A stretch of 64,000 nucleotides of DNA from Octopus vulgaris (taxonomy: Eukaryota). The position numbers and the translations under genes are program-made. The stretch is from NCBI GenBank assembly GCA_951406725.2, contig OX597817.1:12648001-12712000 (forward strand). Reading direction: 5' to 3'. The notes below the pieces were generated by a model. That model saw nothing but the letters and a program-made list of their open reading frames with translations, searched no databases and was not told the DNA's origin. How positions within the stretch are numbered: position 1 is the first letter of the stretch; each line of letters begins with the position of its first letter. This document shows positions 37,501 to 51,364 of the stretch, piece by piece.

Positions 37501-40487
37501 AGCAACAGATGTACCCTTCCCTCTAGCACCGACTATTTCTATTTCTAAGTGTCAGTAATTCGCATTTCTATTTCTAAGTTTCAGTAATTCGCATTTTGTT
37601 GTGATAAACTGCATTAGCCCCTTAACTGTAACACCCTTAAAATATATATTTGTAGGTCGATTTGATCACCTTAACCCTTTAAGCTAGAGCACAGCAACAG
37701 ATGTACCCTTCCCACTAGCACCGACTATTTCTATTTCTAAGTTTCAGTAATTCGCATTTTGTTGTGATAAACTGCATTAGCCCCTTAACTGTAACACCCT
37801 TAAAATATATATTTGTAGGTCGATTTGATCACCTTAACCCTTTAAGCTAGAGCACAGCAACAGATGTACCCTTCCCACTAGCACCGACTATTTCTATTTC
37901 TAAGTTTCAGTAATTCGCATTTTGTTGTGATAAACTGCATTAGCCCCTTAACTGTAACACCCTTAAAATATATATTTGTAGGTCGATTTGATCACCTTAA
38001 CCCTTTAAGCTAGAGCACTGCAACAGATGTACCCTTCCCACTAGCACCGACTATTTCTATTTCTAAGTTTCAGTAATTCGCATTTTGTTGTGATATACTG
38101 CATTAGCCCCTTAACTGTAACACCCTCAAAATATATATTTGTAGGTCGATTTGATCACCTTAACCCTTTAAGCTAGAGCACTGCAACAGATGTACCCTTC
38201 CCACTAGCACCGACTATTTCTATTTCTAAGTTTCAGTAATTCGCATTTTGTTGTGTTGTGATAAACTGCATTAGCCCCTTAACTGTAACACCCTTAAAAT
38301 ATATATTTGTAGGTCGATTTGATCACCTGAACCCTTTAAGCTAGAGTACAGCAACAGATGTACCCTTCCCACTAGCACCGACTATTTCTATTTCTAAGTT
38401 TCAGTAATTCGCATTTTGTTGTGATAAACTGCATTAGCCCCTTAACTGTAACACCCTTAAAATATATATTTGTAGGTCGATTGATCACCTTAACCCTTTA
38501 AGCTAGAGCACAGCAACAGATGTACCCTTCCCTCTAGCACCGACTATTTCTATTTCTAAGTTTCAGTAATTCACATTTCTATTTCTAAGTTTCAGTAATT
38601 CGCATTTTGTTGTGATAAACTGCATTAGCCCATTAACTGTAACACCCTCAAAATGTATATTTGTAGGTCGATTTGATCACCTTAACCCTTTAAGCTAGAG
38701 CACTGCAACAGATGTACCCTTCCCACTAGCACCGACTATTTCTATTTCTAAGTTTCAGTAATTCGCATTTTGTTGTGATATACTGCATTAGCCCCTTAAC
38801 TGTAACACCCTCAAAATGTATATTTGTAGGTCGATTTGATCACCTTAACCCTTTAAGCTAGAGCACAGCAACAGATGTACCCTTCCCACTAGCACCAACT
38901 ATTTCTATTTCTAAGTTTCAGTAATTCGCATTTTGTTGTGATAAACTGCATTATTAACCCTTAACTGTAACACCCTTAAAATATATATTTGTAGGTCGAT
39001 TTGATCACCTTAACCCTTTAAGCTAGAGCACAGCAACAGATGTGCCCTTCCCACTAGCACCGACTATTTCTATTTCTAAGTTTCAGTAATTCGCATTTTG
39101 TTGTGTTGTGATAAACTGCATTAGCCCCTTAACTGTAACACCCTTAAAATATATATTTGTAGGTCGATTGATCACCTTAACCCTTTAAGCTAGAGCACAG
39201 CAACAGATGTACCCTTCCCTCTAGCACCGACTATTTCTATTTCTAAGTTTCAGTAATTCGCATTTCTATTTCTAAGTTTCAGTAATTCGCATTTTGTTGT
39301 GATAAACTGCATTAGCCCCTTAACTGTAACACCCTTAAAATATATATTTGTAGGTCGATTTGATCACCTTAACCCTTTAAGCTAGAGCACAGCAACAGAT
39401 GTACCCTTCCCACTAGCACCGACTATTTCTATTTCTAAGTTTCAGTAATTCGCATTTTGTTGTGATAAACTGCATTAGCCCCTTAACTGTAACACCCTTA
39501 AAATATATATTTGTAGGTCGATTTGATCACCTTAACCCTTTAAGCTAGAGCACAGCAACAGATGTACCCTTCCCACTAGCACCGACTATTTCTATTTCTA
39601 AGTTTCAGTAATTCGCATTTTGTTGTGATAAACTGCATTAGCCCATTAACTGTAACACCCTCAAAATGTATATTTGTAGGTCGATTTGATCACCTTAACC
39701 CTTTAAGCTAGAGCACTGCAACAGATGTACCCTTCCCACTAGCACCGACTATTTCTATTTCTAAGTTTCAGTAATTCGCATTTTGTTGTGATATACTGCA
39801 TTAGCCCCTTAACTGTAACACCCTCAAAATGTATATTTGTAGGTCGATTTGATCACCTTAACCCTTTAAGCTAGAGCACTGCAACAGATGTACCCTTCCC
39901 ACTAACACCGACTATTTCTATTTCTAAGTTTCAGTAATTCGCATTTTGTTGTGTTGTGATAAACTGCATTAGCCCCTTCACTGTAACACCCTTAAAATAT
40001 ATATTTGTAGGTCGATTTGATCACCTGAACCCTTTAAGCTAGAGTACAGCAACAGATGTACGCTTCCCACTAGCACCGACTATTTCTATTTCTAAGTTTC
40101 AGTAATTCGCATTTTGTTGTGTTGTGATAAACTGCATTAGCCCCTTAACTGTAACACCCTTAAAATATATATTTGTAGGTCGATTGATCACCTTAACCCT
40201 TTAAGCTAGAGCACAGCAACAGATGTACCCTTCCCTCTAGCACCGACTATTTCTATTTCTAAGTTTCAGTAATTCACATTTCTATTTCTAAGTTTCAGTA
40301 ATTCGCATTTTGTTGTGTTGTGATAAACTGCATTAGCCCCTTAACTGTAACACCCTTAAAATATATATTTGTAGGTCGATTTGATCACCTTAACCCTTTA
40401 AGCTAGAGCACAGCAACAGATGTACCCTTCCCACTAGCACCGACTATATCTATTCCTAAGTTTCAGTAATTCGCATTTTGTTGTGAT
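34516..40487. repeat. Satellite array, 163-bp monomer, about 36 copies
   Basis: AAACTGCATTAGCCCC recurs at 34723, 34886 and onward; highly homogeneous, with recurrent +5, -1 and about +28 bp variants. Confidence 0.98.
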
Positions 40488-40946
40488 ATTTTGTTTTTCC
40501 GGTAGTCTAAACATCTCGTTTTGTTTCCTCATAGATATTTAAAACTTGGTATCATTTGATAATAGTTTTCACAAATACGTTTCAATTGATGCAGATTACG
40601 ATTGTCTCGAAATTTCGCATGAGAAAGATGTTTGGAGTGGGCTCGGATAATTCACACACTTCGACTTTTGTTTTCTCGTACGTTTTGAGGAGATGTGTAA
40701 AATATCTCTCATTCCACCTTTTCTTTTTTTTTCTTTTTGCCTCACCAAATTCCAAACTAGTCGTAATTTTCAGCATCTGATACGTAATGATAACGAAGCT
40801 CAGTCCGTTGGATATGTACACATCCGTAGTTACTTATGCTCAAGCATAACAAGACCCCAGTCTATGTTGAAGAATAAAAGATAAGGCGATCTCAGAACTT
40901 GCCTTTCTTCTTTCTTCCCCTCCTCTTATTTACGAGTTAAATATAT

Positions 40947-41551
40947 ATTTCTTTATTGCCCACAGGGGGCTAAACATAGAGGGGACAAACATGGACAGAC
41001 ATAGGTATTAAGTCAATTATATTGACACCAGTGCGTAACTGGTACTTAATTTATCGACCCCGAAAGGATGAAAGGCAAAGTCGACCTCGGCGGAATTTGA
41101 ACTCAGAACGTAGCGGCAGACGAAATACCTATTTCTTTACTACCCACAAGGGGCTAAACACAGAGAGGACAAACAAGGACAGACAAACGGATTAAGTCGA
41201 TTATGTCGACCCCAGTGCGTAACTGGTACTTAATTTATCGACCCCGAAAGGATGAAAGGCAAAGTCGACCTCGGCGGAATTTGAACTCAGAACGTAGCGG
41301 CAGACGAAATACCTATTTCTATTTCTTTACTACCCACAAGGGGCTAAACACAGAGAGGACAAACAAGGACAGACAAACGGATTAAGTCGATTATATCGAC
41401 CCCAGTGCGTAACTGGTACTTAATTTATCGACCCCGAAAGGATGAAAGGCAAAGTCGACCTTGGTGGAATTTGAACTCAGAACGTAACGGCAGACGAAAT
41501 ACTGCTAAATATTTCGCCCGGCGTGCTAACGATTCTGCCAAGCTCGCCGCC
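40947..41551 (-). mobile_element. SINE family C, head plus 3 body units
   Basis: GGTACTTAAT at 41041, 41225 and 41415. Confidence 0.92.
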
Positions 41552-41785
41552 TTTTATGGGTTAAATATATCCAGGATGAAACTATCTAAAGTGCTTTATT
41601 TTAAAAAGCTAACATGATGATCTTGCAGATGCCCTCTCATTGTTGTTGTTGTTTAACACCAGGTTGATCCTGTAAAGGAGAACTATGATATAATCAAAAG
41701 CATCTAAGCTATGGCCATCTGATTAATCATTGTATATCAGGGCCTACATTATCCACCGTATTTTTTCATTTTATTTAATATAATA

Positions 41786-42213
41786 GGCGCAGGAGTGGCT
41801 GTGTGGTAAGTAGCTTGTTTACCAACCACATGGTTCCGGGTTCAGTCCCACTGCGTGGCACCTTGGGAAAGTGTCTTCTACTATAGCCTCGGGCCGACCA
41901 AAGCCTTGTGAGTGGATTTGGTAGACGGAAACTGAAAGAAGCCCGTCGTATATATGTATATATATATATATGTGTGTGTGTGTACATGTTTGTGTGTCTG
42001 TGTTTGTCCCCCTAGCATTGCTTGACAACCGATGCTGGTGTGTTTATGTTCCCGTTACTTAGCAGTTCGGCAAAAAAGAGACCGATAGAATAAGTACTGG
42101 GCTTACAAAAAAAAAAAGGATAAGTCCCGGGGTCGAGTTGCTCGATTAAAGGCGGTGCTCCAGCATGGCCGCAGTCAAATGACTGAAACAAGTAAAAGAG
42201 AAAAGAGAAAGAG
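41786..42213 (+). mobile_element. SINE family A
   Basis: Full-length consensus match. Confidence 0.9.
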
Positions 42214-43034
42214 AATAAAAACTGGGATTTCAAAGAGAGATTTAGTTACTGTTGTTATGTATGTTTTTCTTTGAGACGTATCTAAATTCCTTGAAATGGA
42301 TTTCAAGCCGGTCTCTAACAAGGCGACAATACTTGTTGAGATAAGAGAGTTCCCGAGGTTTGTAAATGCGTATCGTGTGTGCATATACAAGGGCGAACCC
42401 AAGGCGTTGGGTGGTGGGGATGAGTGGGCACGTGGACCCCCTCCACCTCAAGAAAAGAAGTGCGCCTTTAATAATCTTATCACGCCCTTTTCTCCTGGAA
42501 CTGTATTCCCGTCTGACCTTGTGCCCTTTCTTCGAAAAATTCCTGGGACCACGCTTGAGAAACGAGTATGCATCTGCATTTATATCCTATATGAATATGT
42601 CCCTTTCATGCTTAGATGTTGGTGTGTGTGTGTGTGTGTGTGCCAGTTTTTTAAGTGCATGCATACTTAATGTTCTTCAGACCACAAAGTCCTGTTTAAT
42701 CAGTAACCTTCCAGCCTTAACTGTCCTGTCTTAACCTATCTAGGGCTATATTGTCCAGTCTTTCTTTCCGTGTGTATACAGAAGTTATGGTGTGAATAAA
42801 AAGACATTTAACTTTTATTACTAACAGCACACTACTTGATCCAAAATCTTCTTTGTTTTTCTGAACAAGATTTTATCTTTACACATCGTTGACACATGAC
42901 GCACAATAATGCTAAATATTACTAGTTACAATCAGGATGTTGCTTCAGAACAAGATTGTAATTTTGACCTCCCATCCACACCCACGCCCATCCACTCACA
43001 TAAGGCTTTAGTTGACACGACGACGCATATATTA

Positions 43035-43075
<41 letters not shown>

Positions 43076-44183
43076 TAAAAACTTACTTGGAGAAGAGAAA
43101 CAACGCGTGCGTTTGGTCATATAATAAATAAATAAAACATATGCATATATACATACGTATATGTACATACTTACATCTATATGTATATATACATGCATAT
43201 ATATATGAGTACAGGACACCACAAATAAACGTAGAACACAAAGAGAAACGAAAACATAAAATCAAACAAGGAAACGGACTTTTTTAACAACGAAAAAACA
43301 GAGTACAGGTCAAACAATACAAGGAAAATTCCCCTTCATCAGCTGCCCCTGGTTCGACTCAATGCGTGTTTCGAAGGTAAGGGCAGAACACGGCCAGCCC
43401 GAAGCAATCCTTCCTGCAAAAGGAATTAAATAAAATTCTTTTGCCGAGGGGTAAAACAAGTGACAAGAACAGGACGTTAAAGCAATACAAATGAAGAAAA
43501 AACAGTACAAATAAAGAATAACAGGACAAGGAAACCAACAATGAGGGCTTTTTTAGGCCTAGACGGTGGAAAAACTAGTTAGAACGCATGTGAAAAATCG
43601 GCTTGCGAAAGACAGAGAAGTCAGCGCCAATTTGTTTTTTTGTACTAGATCTCTTGTAATTTCGAAAAGAGATTTGATGTGTAGTATTACTACTTATTAA
43701 CACCCATGCCTACAGGGCCACCGAAGCAGCAACGATATTAATGAGAAAATTAAGATACTTAAATTTGACGGGTGTGTCAAGCAAGTGAAAGAAAGAGAGA
43801 GGGAGAGAGAGTGGCTGACAGATATTTGAATTCCTTTCTATGCTTGAACTGAAATTGACACTTGGCTATTAAAAGCCAAACCACACACAAACACACCCAC
43901 ACACACACTCATTTGTTTTTGGTCTTCTACTCATTTGTATTCGGCCATACACCAGATAACATGTTAAGTTTTATGTTCTAGAATTTAAATTTTGAATTTG
44001 TTTCAATTTTAAAATTACACCTCAGCTGAAAAAACAAGCATCTTTTGGCTTTCGAATGCAAACTTTTCTTTTCTCTTTCTATATTTTTTGTTACGTTATA
44101 ATTTCTCTGTTTTAGTCAGGATTTTTCCAATTTCTGTTTTCTTCTATCAAATAATGGACGAAAGCATTTTAAAACAAATTAAA

Positions 44184-44480
44184 TATATATATGTAAATAT
44201 GTATATGTATGTATATATATGTAAATATGTATATGTATGTATATATATGTAAATATGTATATGTATGTATATATATGTAAATATGTATATGTATGTATAT
44301 ATGTATGTGTATGTATATATATGTAAATATGTATATGTATGTATATATGTATGTGTATGTATATATATGTAAATATGTATATGTATGTATATATATGTAT
44401 ATATGTATGTGTATATATATGTATATGTATGTATATTTATGTATATGTATATATATATATTTATGTATATGTATGTATGT
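44184..44480. repeat. (TA)/(TATG) compound microsatellite
   Basis: Directly visible. Confidence 0.95.
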
Positions 44481-45460
44481 AACTTAACTTAGAATAACTT
44501 AGAAAGGTTTTTGGCCAGTATTGGCCCAGGCCATGTCTAACTTAATAGCACCACCTGGCGAAGTCTTTCAGTTCAGGATTTGGGCACCAAGGCCCATTCG
44601 AGCAGAGAGTTATTGTTTGCGGAGACATATCCGGGTGTGGATGGTTTGTCCGGTACTGTTTGAAGGAATTTGTCCAAAGACTTCTTGAATTTTGTGTGGT
44701 CAGTTTCTTTTTTGACGTGTCCTGGTGTAATGTTGAAGAGAGCGGGTCCAATTGAGGTGAAATAGTTGTGCCGTATTGTCGTTATGTGATGCGATTTAGA
44801 TTTTTGTTGTGGACGGATGGCACGTGGTCCAAGCCTTGGATGCATTTTGAAGGTGATGCCAACATCATTCGGACAGTGCTGATGGAATATTTTCCACATC
44901 ATACAGATAATGTAGCGTTCACGGCGTCGTTGGAGTGAATACAATTTCAGCTTCTCTAGTCTACCCCAGTAGTCAAGGTCTGACATGCCATCTATCTTTT
45001 TTGTGATTGACCTGTGGGGAGCTTCAATTCTCATAATATTTTGTTTTGTGTAGGGAGACCACAGTGGACAGCAGTATTCAAGGTGGGGTCGGGCAAAAGT
45101 GGAGAAGAGAAGGATAATAGCGTGGGAATCTCTCGACTGGAAGGTTCTGAGAATCCAGGAACACATTCTGCGGGCCATGTCAACTTTGCTGCTTATATGT
45201 GTAGCCCAGCTTATGTTGTTGTCCACTGTTACTCCCAGGTCTCTGATGTTGTTGGATGCCATGAGAATTTCTCCAGAAGGAAGAGAGTATGGGAGTTTCA
45301 GAGCGTCCTCCCTTCCAAAGTGGATCAGTTCGAATTTGTCTTCATTTAGCAACATGTTATTCTTTTCCGCCCATTGGACAACAGCTAGTAGGTCTGACTG
45401 AAGGTTTATTCGGTCATCCACGCCATTGATGACCTTCTGGAGCTTGGAATCATCAGCGAA
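44481..45460 (-). mobile_element. 5'-truncated CR1/L2-group LINE: reverse transcriptase C-terminus, 3' UTR and (TAAGT)n tail
   Basis: Uninterrupted frame from FADDSK (45460) through LQSDL...[20 protein letters not shown] and [12 protein letters not shown] to the stop at 44573. Confidence 0.92.
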
Positions 45461-45717
45461 TATATATGTATATGTATGTATATATATATATGTATATGTA
45501 TGTATATATATATATATGTATGTGTATGTATGTATATATGTATATGTATGTGTATATGTATGTATATATGTATATGTATGTATATATATATATGTATGTA
45601 TATATATATATATATATGTATATGTATGTATATATGTATATGTATGTATATATGTATATGTATGTATATATGTATATGTATGTATATATGTATATGTATA
45701 TATATGTATGATATATG

Positions 45718-45766
<49 letters not shown>

Positions 45767-46048
45767 GTATATATATATGTATATATATATGTATATATAT
45801 ATGTATATATATATATGTATATATATATATGTATGTATATATATATATATGTATATATATATGTATGTATATATGTATATATATATATATGTATGTATAT
45901 ATATATGTATGTATATATATATATGTATGTATATATATATGTATGTATATATATATATGTATGTATATATATATGTATATATATGTATGTATATATATAT
46001 ATGTATATATATATATATGTATATATATGTATGTATATATATATATGT

Positions 46049-46089
<41 letters not shown>

Positions 46090-46281
46090 TGTATGTATAT
46101 ATATATATGTGTATATATATATGTATATGTATGTATATATGTGTATATATATATGTATATGTATATATATATGTATGTATATATATATGTATGTATATAT
46201 ATACATATATATATATATATGTATATATATATGTATATATATGTATGTATATATATGTATATATATGTATGTATATATATG

Positions 46282-46321
<40 letters not shown>

Positions 46322-46415
46322 TATGTATATATATATGTATATATATATGTATATATATATATGTATATATATATGTATGTATATATATGTATATATATAT
46401 GTATGTATATATATG

Positions 46416-46455
<40 letters not shown>

Positions 46456-46649
46456 TATGTATATATATATATGTATGTATATATATATATATATATGTAT
46501 GTATATATATATGTATATATATATATGTATGTATATATATATGTATGTATATATATATGTATGTATATATATATGTATGTATATATATATGTATGTATAT
46601 ATATATATATGTATGTATATATATATATGTATGTATATATATATGTATG

Positions 46650-46680
<31 letters not shown>

Positions 46681-46743
46681 ATATATATGTATGTATATAT
46701 ATATATGTATATATATATGTATATATATATATGTATGTATATA

Positions 46744-46794
<51 letters not shown>

Positions 46795-46807
46795 ATATAT
46801 ATGTATG

Positions 46808-46838
<31 letters not shown>

Positions 46839-46867
46839 GTATATATGTATGTATATATATATGTATG

Positions 46868-46898
<31 letters not shown>

Positions 46899-47091
46899 GT
46901 ATATATATATATGTATATATATATATATGTATGTATATATATATATATGTGTATGTATATATATGTATGTATATATATATATATGTGTATGTATATATAT
47001 GTATGTATATATATATGTATGTATATATGTATGTATATATATACGTATATATATATATGTATGTATTTATGTGTATGTATATATATATATG

Positions 47092-47122
<31 letters not shown>

Positions 47123-47156
47123 ATGTATATAGCATATATGTTATATACATATATAT
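45461..47156. repeat. (TA)n/(TATG)n compound microsatellite, about 1.7 kb
   Basis: Directly visible; source of the long Y/I/M/V ORFs. Confidence 0.98.
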
Positions 47157-47320
47157 TCTGCTCCACAGAATCCATCTCACTCCAATATTTCATTATTAAC
47201 TCTCTAACATTCATATTTGTCTGTCAAATGCAATGCTTATGCATTCACTTAATTTTTTATGAATCCAGATATTATTATTGAAATTGCAATTAAGAAGACC
47301 ATTGTTCTTAAGCAATGGAT
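47157..47320 (+). repeat. Short local duplication of 51951-52115 (flank + MITE end + RDH fragment)
   Basis: TCTGCTCCACAGAATCCATCTCACTCC...TTAAGCAATGGAT is near-identical at both sites. Confidence 0.9.
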
Positions 47321-47429
47321 CTTCCCTTCTTTCCTGAGCTTCCAATAATACTATATCCAATAATATCTTTTCCACGTCCTCGCGTTGTTGTGTTTTTTTG
47401 TGTTTTCTTGTTTGGATTAACTATATATA

Positions 47430-47615
47430 CTCTTTTACTTGTTTCAGTCATTTGACTGCGGCCATGCTGGAGCACCGCCTTTAGTCGAGCAAATCAACCC
47501 CGGGATTTATTCTTTGTAAGCCCAGTACTTATTCTATCGGTCTCTTTTAGCCAAACTGCTAAGTGACGGGGACGTAAACACACCAGTTGTCAAGCAATGC
47601 TAGGGGGAAAAACAA

Positions 47616-47648
<33 letters not shown>

Positions 47649-47820
47649 CGTATATACGACAGGCTTCTTTCAGTTTCCGTCTACCAAATCCACTCAAAAG
47701 GCATTGGTCGGCCCGGGCTATAGCAGAAGACACTTGCCCAAGTGGCCATGCAGTGGGACTGAACCCGGAACCATGTGGTTGGTTAGCAAGCTACTTACCA
47801 CACAGCCACTCCTGCACCTA
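47430..47820 (-). mobile_element. SINE family A
   Basis: Consensus match. Confidence 0.88.
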
Positions 47821-48640
47821 TATATATATATATATGTATATAACATCCCAACCTATGTGAGAAACAAAATTCATATTTTAAAATGAACTAAAATAAAACC
47901 TTCCCTCAAAATTTCAGGTTAATTTATGTTCTAAACACCAGCTAAATAATGGCAAAGCATGATTTTAGAAATCAACTGAAACTAAGGCAATGTATCTGAA
48001 CCAGAAATATTGTAACAAAAGAGTTGAAAGGGGTGGAAGATATACTGGATAATGTATTTTTGAATATAGCACAGCTGGAAAAAATTCAAATGGGATGGTC
48101 TTATGGCTGGAATGCTTTGTTCATAGTTCAAGGAAGCCCAATTAGTGAGTCTCTTTGTTAGGCATGTGCAAAGTTTCTTGAAAGCAAGCTGAAAGAGTTT
48201 AAGGTAAATTTTGTTAGGTATGCCATTCAGAAAGTTCCAAAAGTTACAGGTTGCCCATGACTGTTCTATGTAATCCTTAAACTGCCAGAAATAGTACCCA
48301 AATCTTACTCAGGAGGGATGGTTATAGCAAAATTATAAGTCTGCTTGTTCAGAGCTTACCTCAATGTTAAATAGCAATGGTGATGAATCAACAAGCAGGG
48401 CATACAGTGGTTGCTCAAAGTGCTGGAAAGAGAAACCAAATTTTCACCAGATCATACCATCTTTCAAAAAAGAACCCTGGGATGTAGTCCTTGATGTACT
48501 ATACCTTAAAATAGGATGCTTAGAATCCCTTTGATCATAAATCTGTCCAATCTGGCCTTACCTAGATCTAAACTGCATTCATACAAACAAAGGACAGTTT
48601 TAACAAGATGCTTAAAGTAAATAACTGAAATTTAAGATTA

Positions 48641-49432
48641 TTTACATTTGACTGATATTTGTCCTCATCTTGTTTGTTGTTAATACAACGTTTCGGCTGA
48701 TATACCCTCCAGCCTTTATCAGGTGTCTTGGGGAAATTTTGAATCTGTGTTCTCATTCCTAAGGTATTTTTCGATGTTGTTATGATTATTATTATTATTA
48801 TTGAGTGAGAGAGAGCAGTGCATGCCATCAAAGTGACACTGGGGTAAAATATACAAAGCCCAGTATACCCATCATGACTACCCATCTGATAAGGGTACAC
48901 TAGGCACATGCATCACAACCATATGTGTGCGACATGGTTATCTCATATCAAGATAAACAGTACATGACCTTGCAGGTGGGGTACAGTTAGAATTTTGTTC
49001 TGGTCAAGTAGCCCATCCCGCTCAAAAAGGTCCCTGAATAAGGGTTGTTTAAGGATGTTGAATGAAGCACCCATGTTTCCAGAGGTGAATTATTCAAACC
49101 CCAAAGAATCCCTCTCAACACATGGCCATGATGCTCCCCCACTACTTCTGCTTGTGATCAGAGTTGCACATATCATCAGCCACTAAGGGACATGGTCAAC
49201 TGGTTAAGGTCAAACAACTGACAAGCAAATCTGTGGTATTGGGCAGAATATTTGCTGTAACCCATCTTTTATACCAAGACAGAACAATGTATATGATAAC
49301 ACTTCCAACCAGTTAAGATCAGCAGCCATGATAGCCACTGTCTGGTACTGCATCAGGGCATTTATTATTATTATTATTATTATTATTCAAGTCACTACTT
49401 GGAATCAAACTTAACCACTACACCATATGCCC
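48641..49432 (-). mobile_element. tRNA-headed SINE with hammerhead-like 3' tail, interrupted by the (TTA)n-associated repeat
   Basis: Head GGGCATATGGTGTAGTGGTTAAG.TTTGATTCC (A and B boxes, internally deleted), internal (AAT)n, tail with ACAC-CTGATAA-A-GGCTG..CAGCC-GAAA-CGTT; approximate TSD AAATTTA(A)GATT. Confidence 0.6.
48803..49362. mobile_element. Unclassified non-coding repeat in (TTA)n, second copy
   Basis: Homologous to 28425-28948 and about 35 bp longer at one end. Confidence 0.8.
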
Positions 49433-49959
49433 AAAATTTAGATTCTTTTATCAAGCATTATTGTCCTTAACTACTCCACAACAGAAATCATTCATTCATT
49501 CATTCATTTTTCCTGGCTAGCACAGCTTGAACAGGAATTGATTTTGAGGCAAGATTTTACAGCCAGATGCTATTCCCTTACTTGCTTTTTTTAAAGTATG
49601 GATTTTTTTTTTTTCTGGAGATCTTCAAAATTACTGAGCAGCTGGTCATAATGTCAATAAGGAACATTAACATCATCACTATTTTGCTGAACCCTTTTGT
49701 TACTGTATTTCTGCTGAAATATATTGCCTTTGTGCTGGGTAGGGATGCTAGTCTCCCCTGTTTGGAAATATAAGGACACAGATTGTGTTTCATATAGCCA
49801 GCTGGAGACTACGTCTCCTGGGGCTAAACAACAGTAGCATTTGCCCCAAACAGAACTGTTACATTAGGTTGGCAATTAATCATTACTTTATATTGCTTTT
49901 GTTTCAATTAATTTCCAAAGCATGACAGTAAAAAAAAAACTGGTGTCTGGAATAAATTA

Positions 49960-50240
49960 CCGTATTTGACGGCATATAGGACGCACTTTTTTCCAAAAAA
50001 ATTGGGCTCAAAAAATCGCCCTGCGTCTAATATACTAACGCCTTAATGATATTTTCAGTACTCATGCATCATTATTTTATTGCTAGTATTATTATTATTA
50101 TTATCATTACCAGTATTATTACTTTAAAATACGAATTATCGTAAAAATCAAAGCAATATATGCTTAAATACACTTAAAACTTTTTTTCCCGAATTTGACC
50201 TGCTGAAATGAGGGTGTGTCTAATATGCCGTCAAATACGG
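49960..50240. mobile_element. Tc1/mariner-pogo type MITE
   Basis: TA|CCGTATTTGACGGCATAT ... ATATGCCGTCAAATACGG|TA; nested in a degenerate TTAA MITE. Confidence 0.88.
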
Positions 50241-50577
50241 TAACATAAAATTTTGATGGAAGATTATAATTGAGATCACTTTAAAGCAGTAAGTTTGTAT
50301 CATAGAACCAGAGGTGATCTCAGGCGGTTTGATATCAAGAGTCAAACTGTCACAGATGAAAGATCAACAGTTATTTGCTACATATGATAGACTTCCTATA
50401 GTTCCTGCCTACCAAATTCACTCACAAAATAGTAGTTGGTCTAGAACTATTCATTCATGGTGCTACACTGTGTGAATCCTTAAACCATGTCTCTCTAAAT
50501 CAAACTTCTTAACTACACAACCACACTTGTGAAATTCATACATTTCTAGAAATATTGTTTAGATCCATCTGAATCCT

Positions 50578-50983
50578 TGCAGGAGTGGCTGTGTGGTAAG
50601 TAGCTTGCTAACCAACCACATGGCTCCGGGTTCAGTCCCATTGCATGGCATCTTGGGCAAGTGTCTTCTGCTATAGCCCCAGGCCAACCAATGCCTTGTG
50701 AGTGGATTTGGTAGACGGAAACTGAAAGAAGCCTGTCGTATATATGTATATATATATAAGTGTGTGTGTATATGTTTGTGTGTCTGTGTTTGTCCCCCTA
50801 GCATTGCTTGACAACCGATGCTGGTGTGTTTACGTCCCCGTCACTTAGCAGTTCGGCAAAAGAGACTGATAGAATAAGTACTGGGCTTCCAAAGAATAAG
50901 TTCTGGGGTCGATTTGCTCGACTAAAGGCGGTGCTCCAGCATGGCCACAGTCAAATGACTGAAACAAGTAAAAGAGTAAAAGA
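50578..50983 (+). mobile_element. SINE family A
   Basis: Consensus match. Confidence 0.9.
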
Positions 50984-51364
50984 GATAACCTTTTGATAGT
51001 GTTTAATTCCACCTCAAATGAATTAACAAACAACTTAAATTCATTTGCATGTAATGGAAATCAGCAAAATTAGACATGATCTCTTTTCTTGGCCATTTTG
51101 CAAAAATGTTTGGATTCCATGCTTTTAGTTTCTGAAAAGTAGGAAAATGTGTACAATTTCCTCTCTGAAGATGGCATTCCTACAACTGCATGTATAAATA
51201 CACATATGTTTATGTATGTGTGTATGTGCTTATAAACCATCTCATGATAGTTATAAAATTTTAGAATTCATGTTACAGTTCATACATTACTGTATAATTT
51301 AGGGAGTTTTTTTTTTATTTTAAATATTTTGAATGAACTTTATTAATTCCATGACATTTGCTAC

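Noticed and set aside
34516-40487. CRISPR array or tandem RNA-gene cluster (5S, tRNA, snRNA)
   Set aside because: No variable spacers, and the monomer has no recognisable RNA-gene sequence or Pol III boxes.
40582-40821. 79-aa ORF with a basic KRKKKKR stretch next to the satellite
   Set aside because: The basic run comes from an A-rich tract; no recognisable domain or splice support.
43330-43380. Minus-strand GAAA...CTGATGA as a type II hammerhead
   Set aside because: Stem I and the closing pair of stem II do not form convincingly.
45406-47281. ORFs of 494-602 aa rich in Y, I, M, V, H and C
   Set aside because: Translations of a TA/TATG microsatellite, which cannot contain stop codons in these frames.
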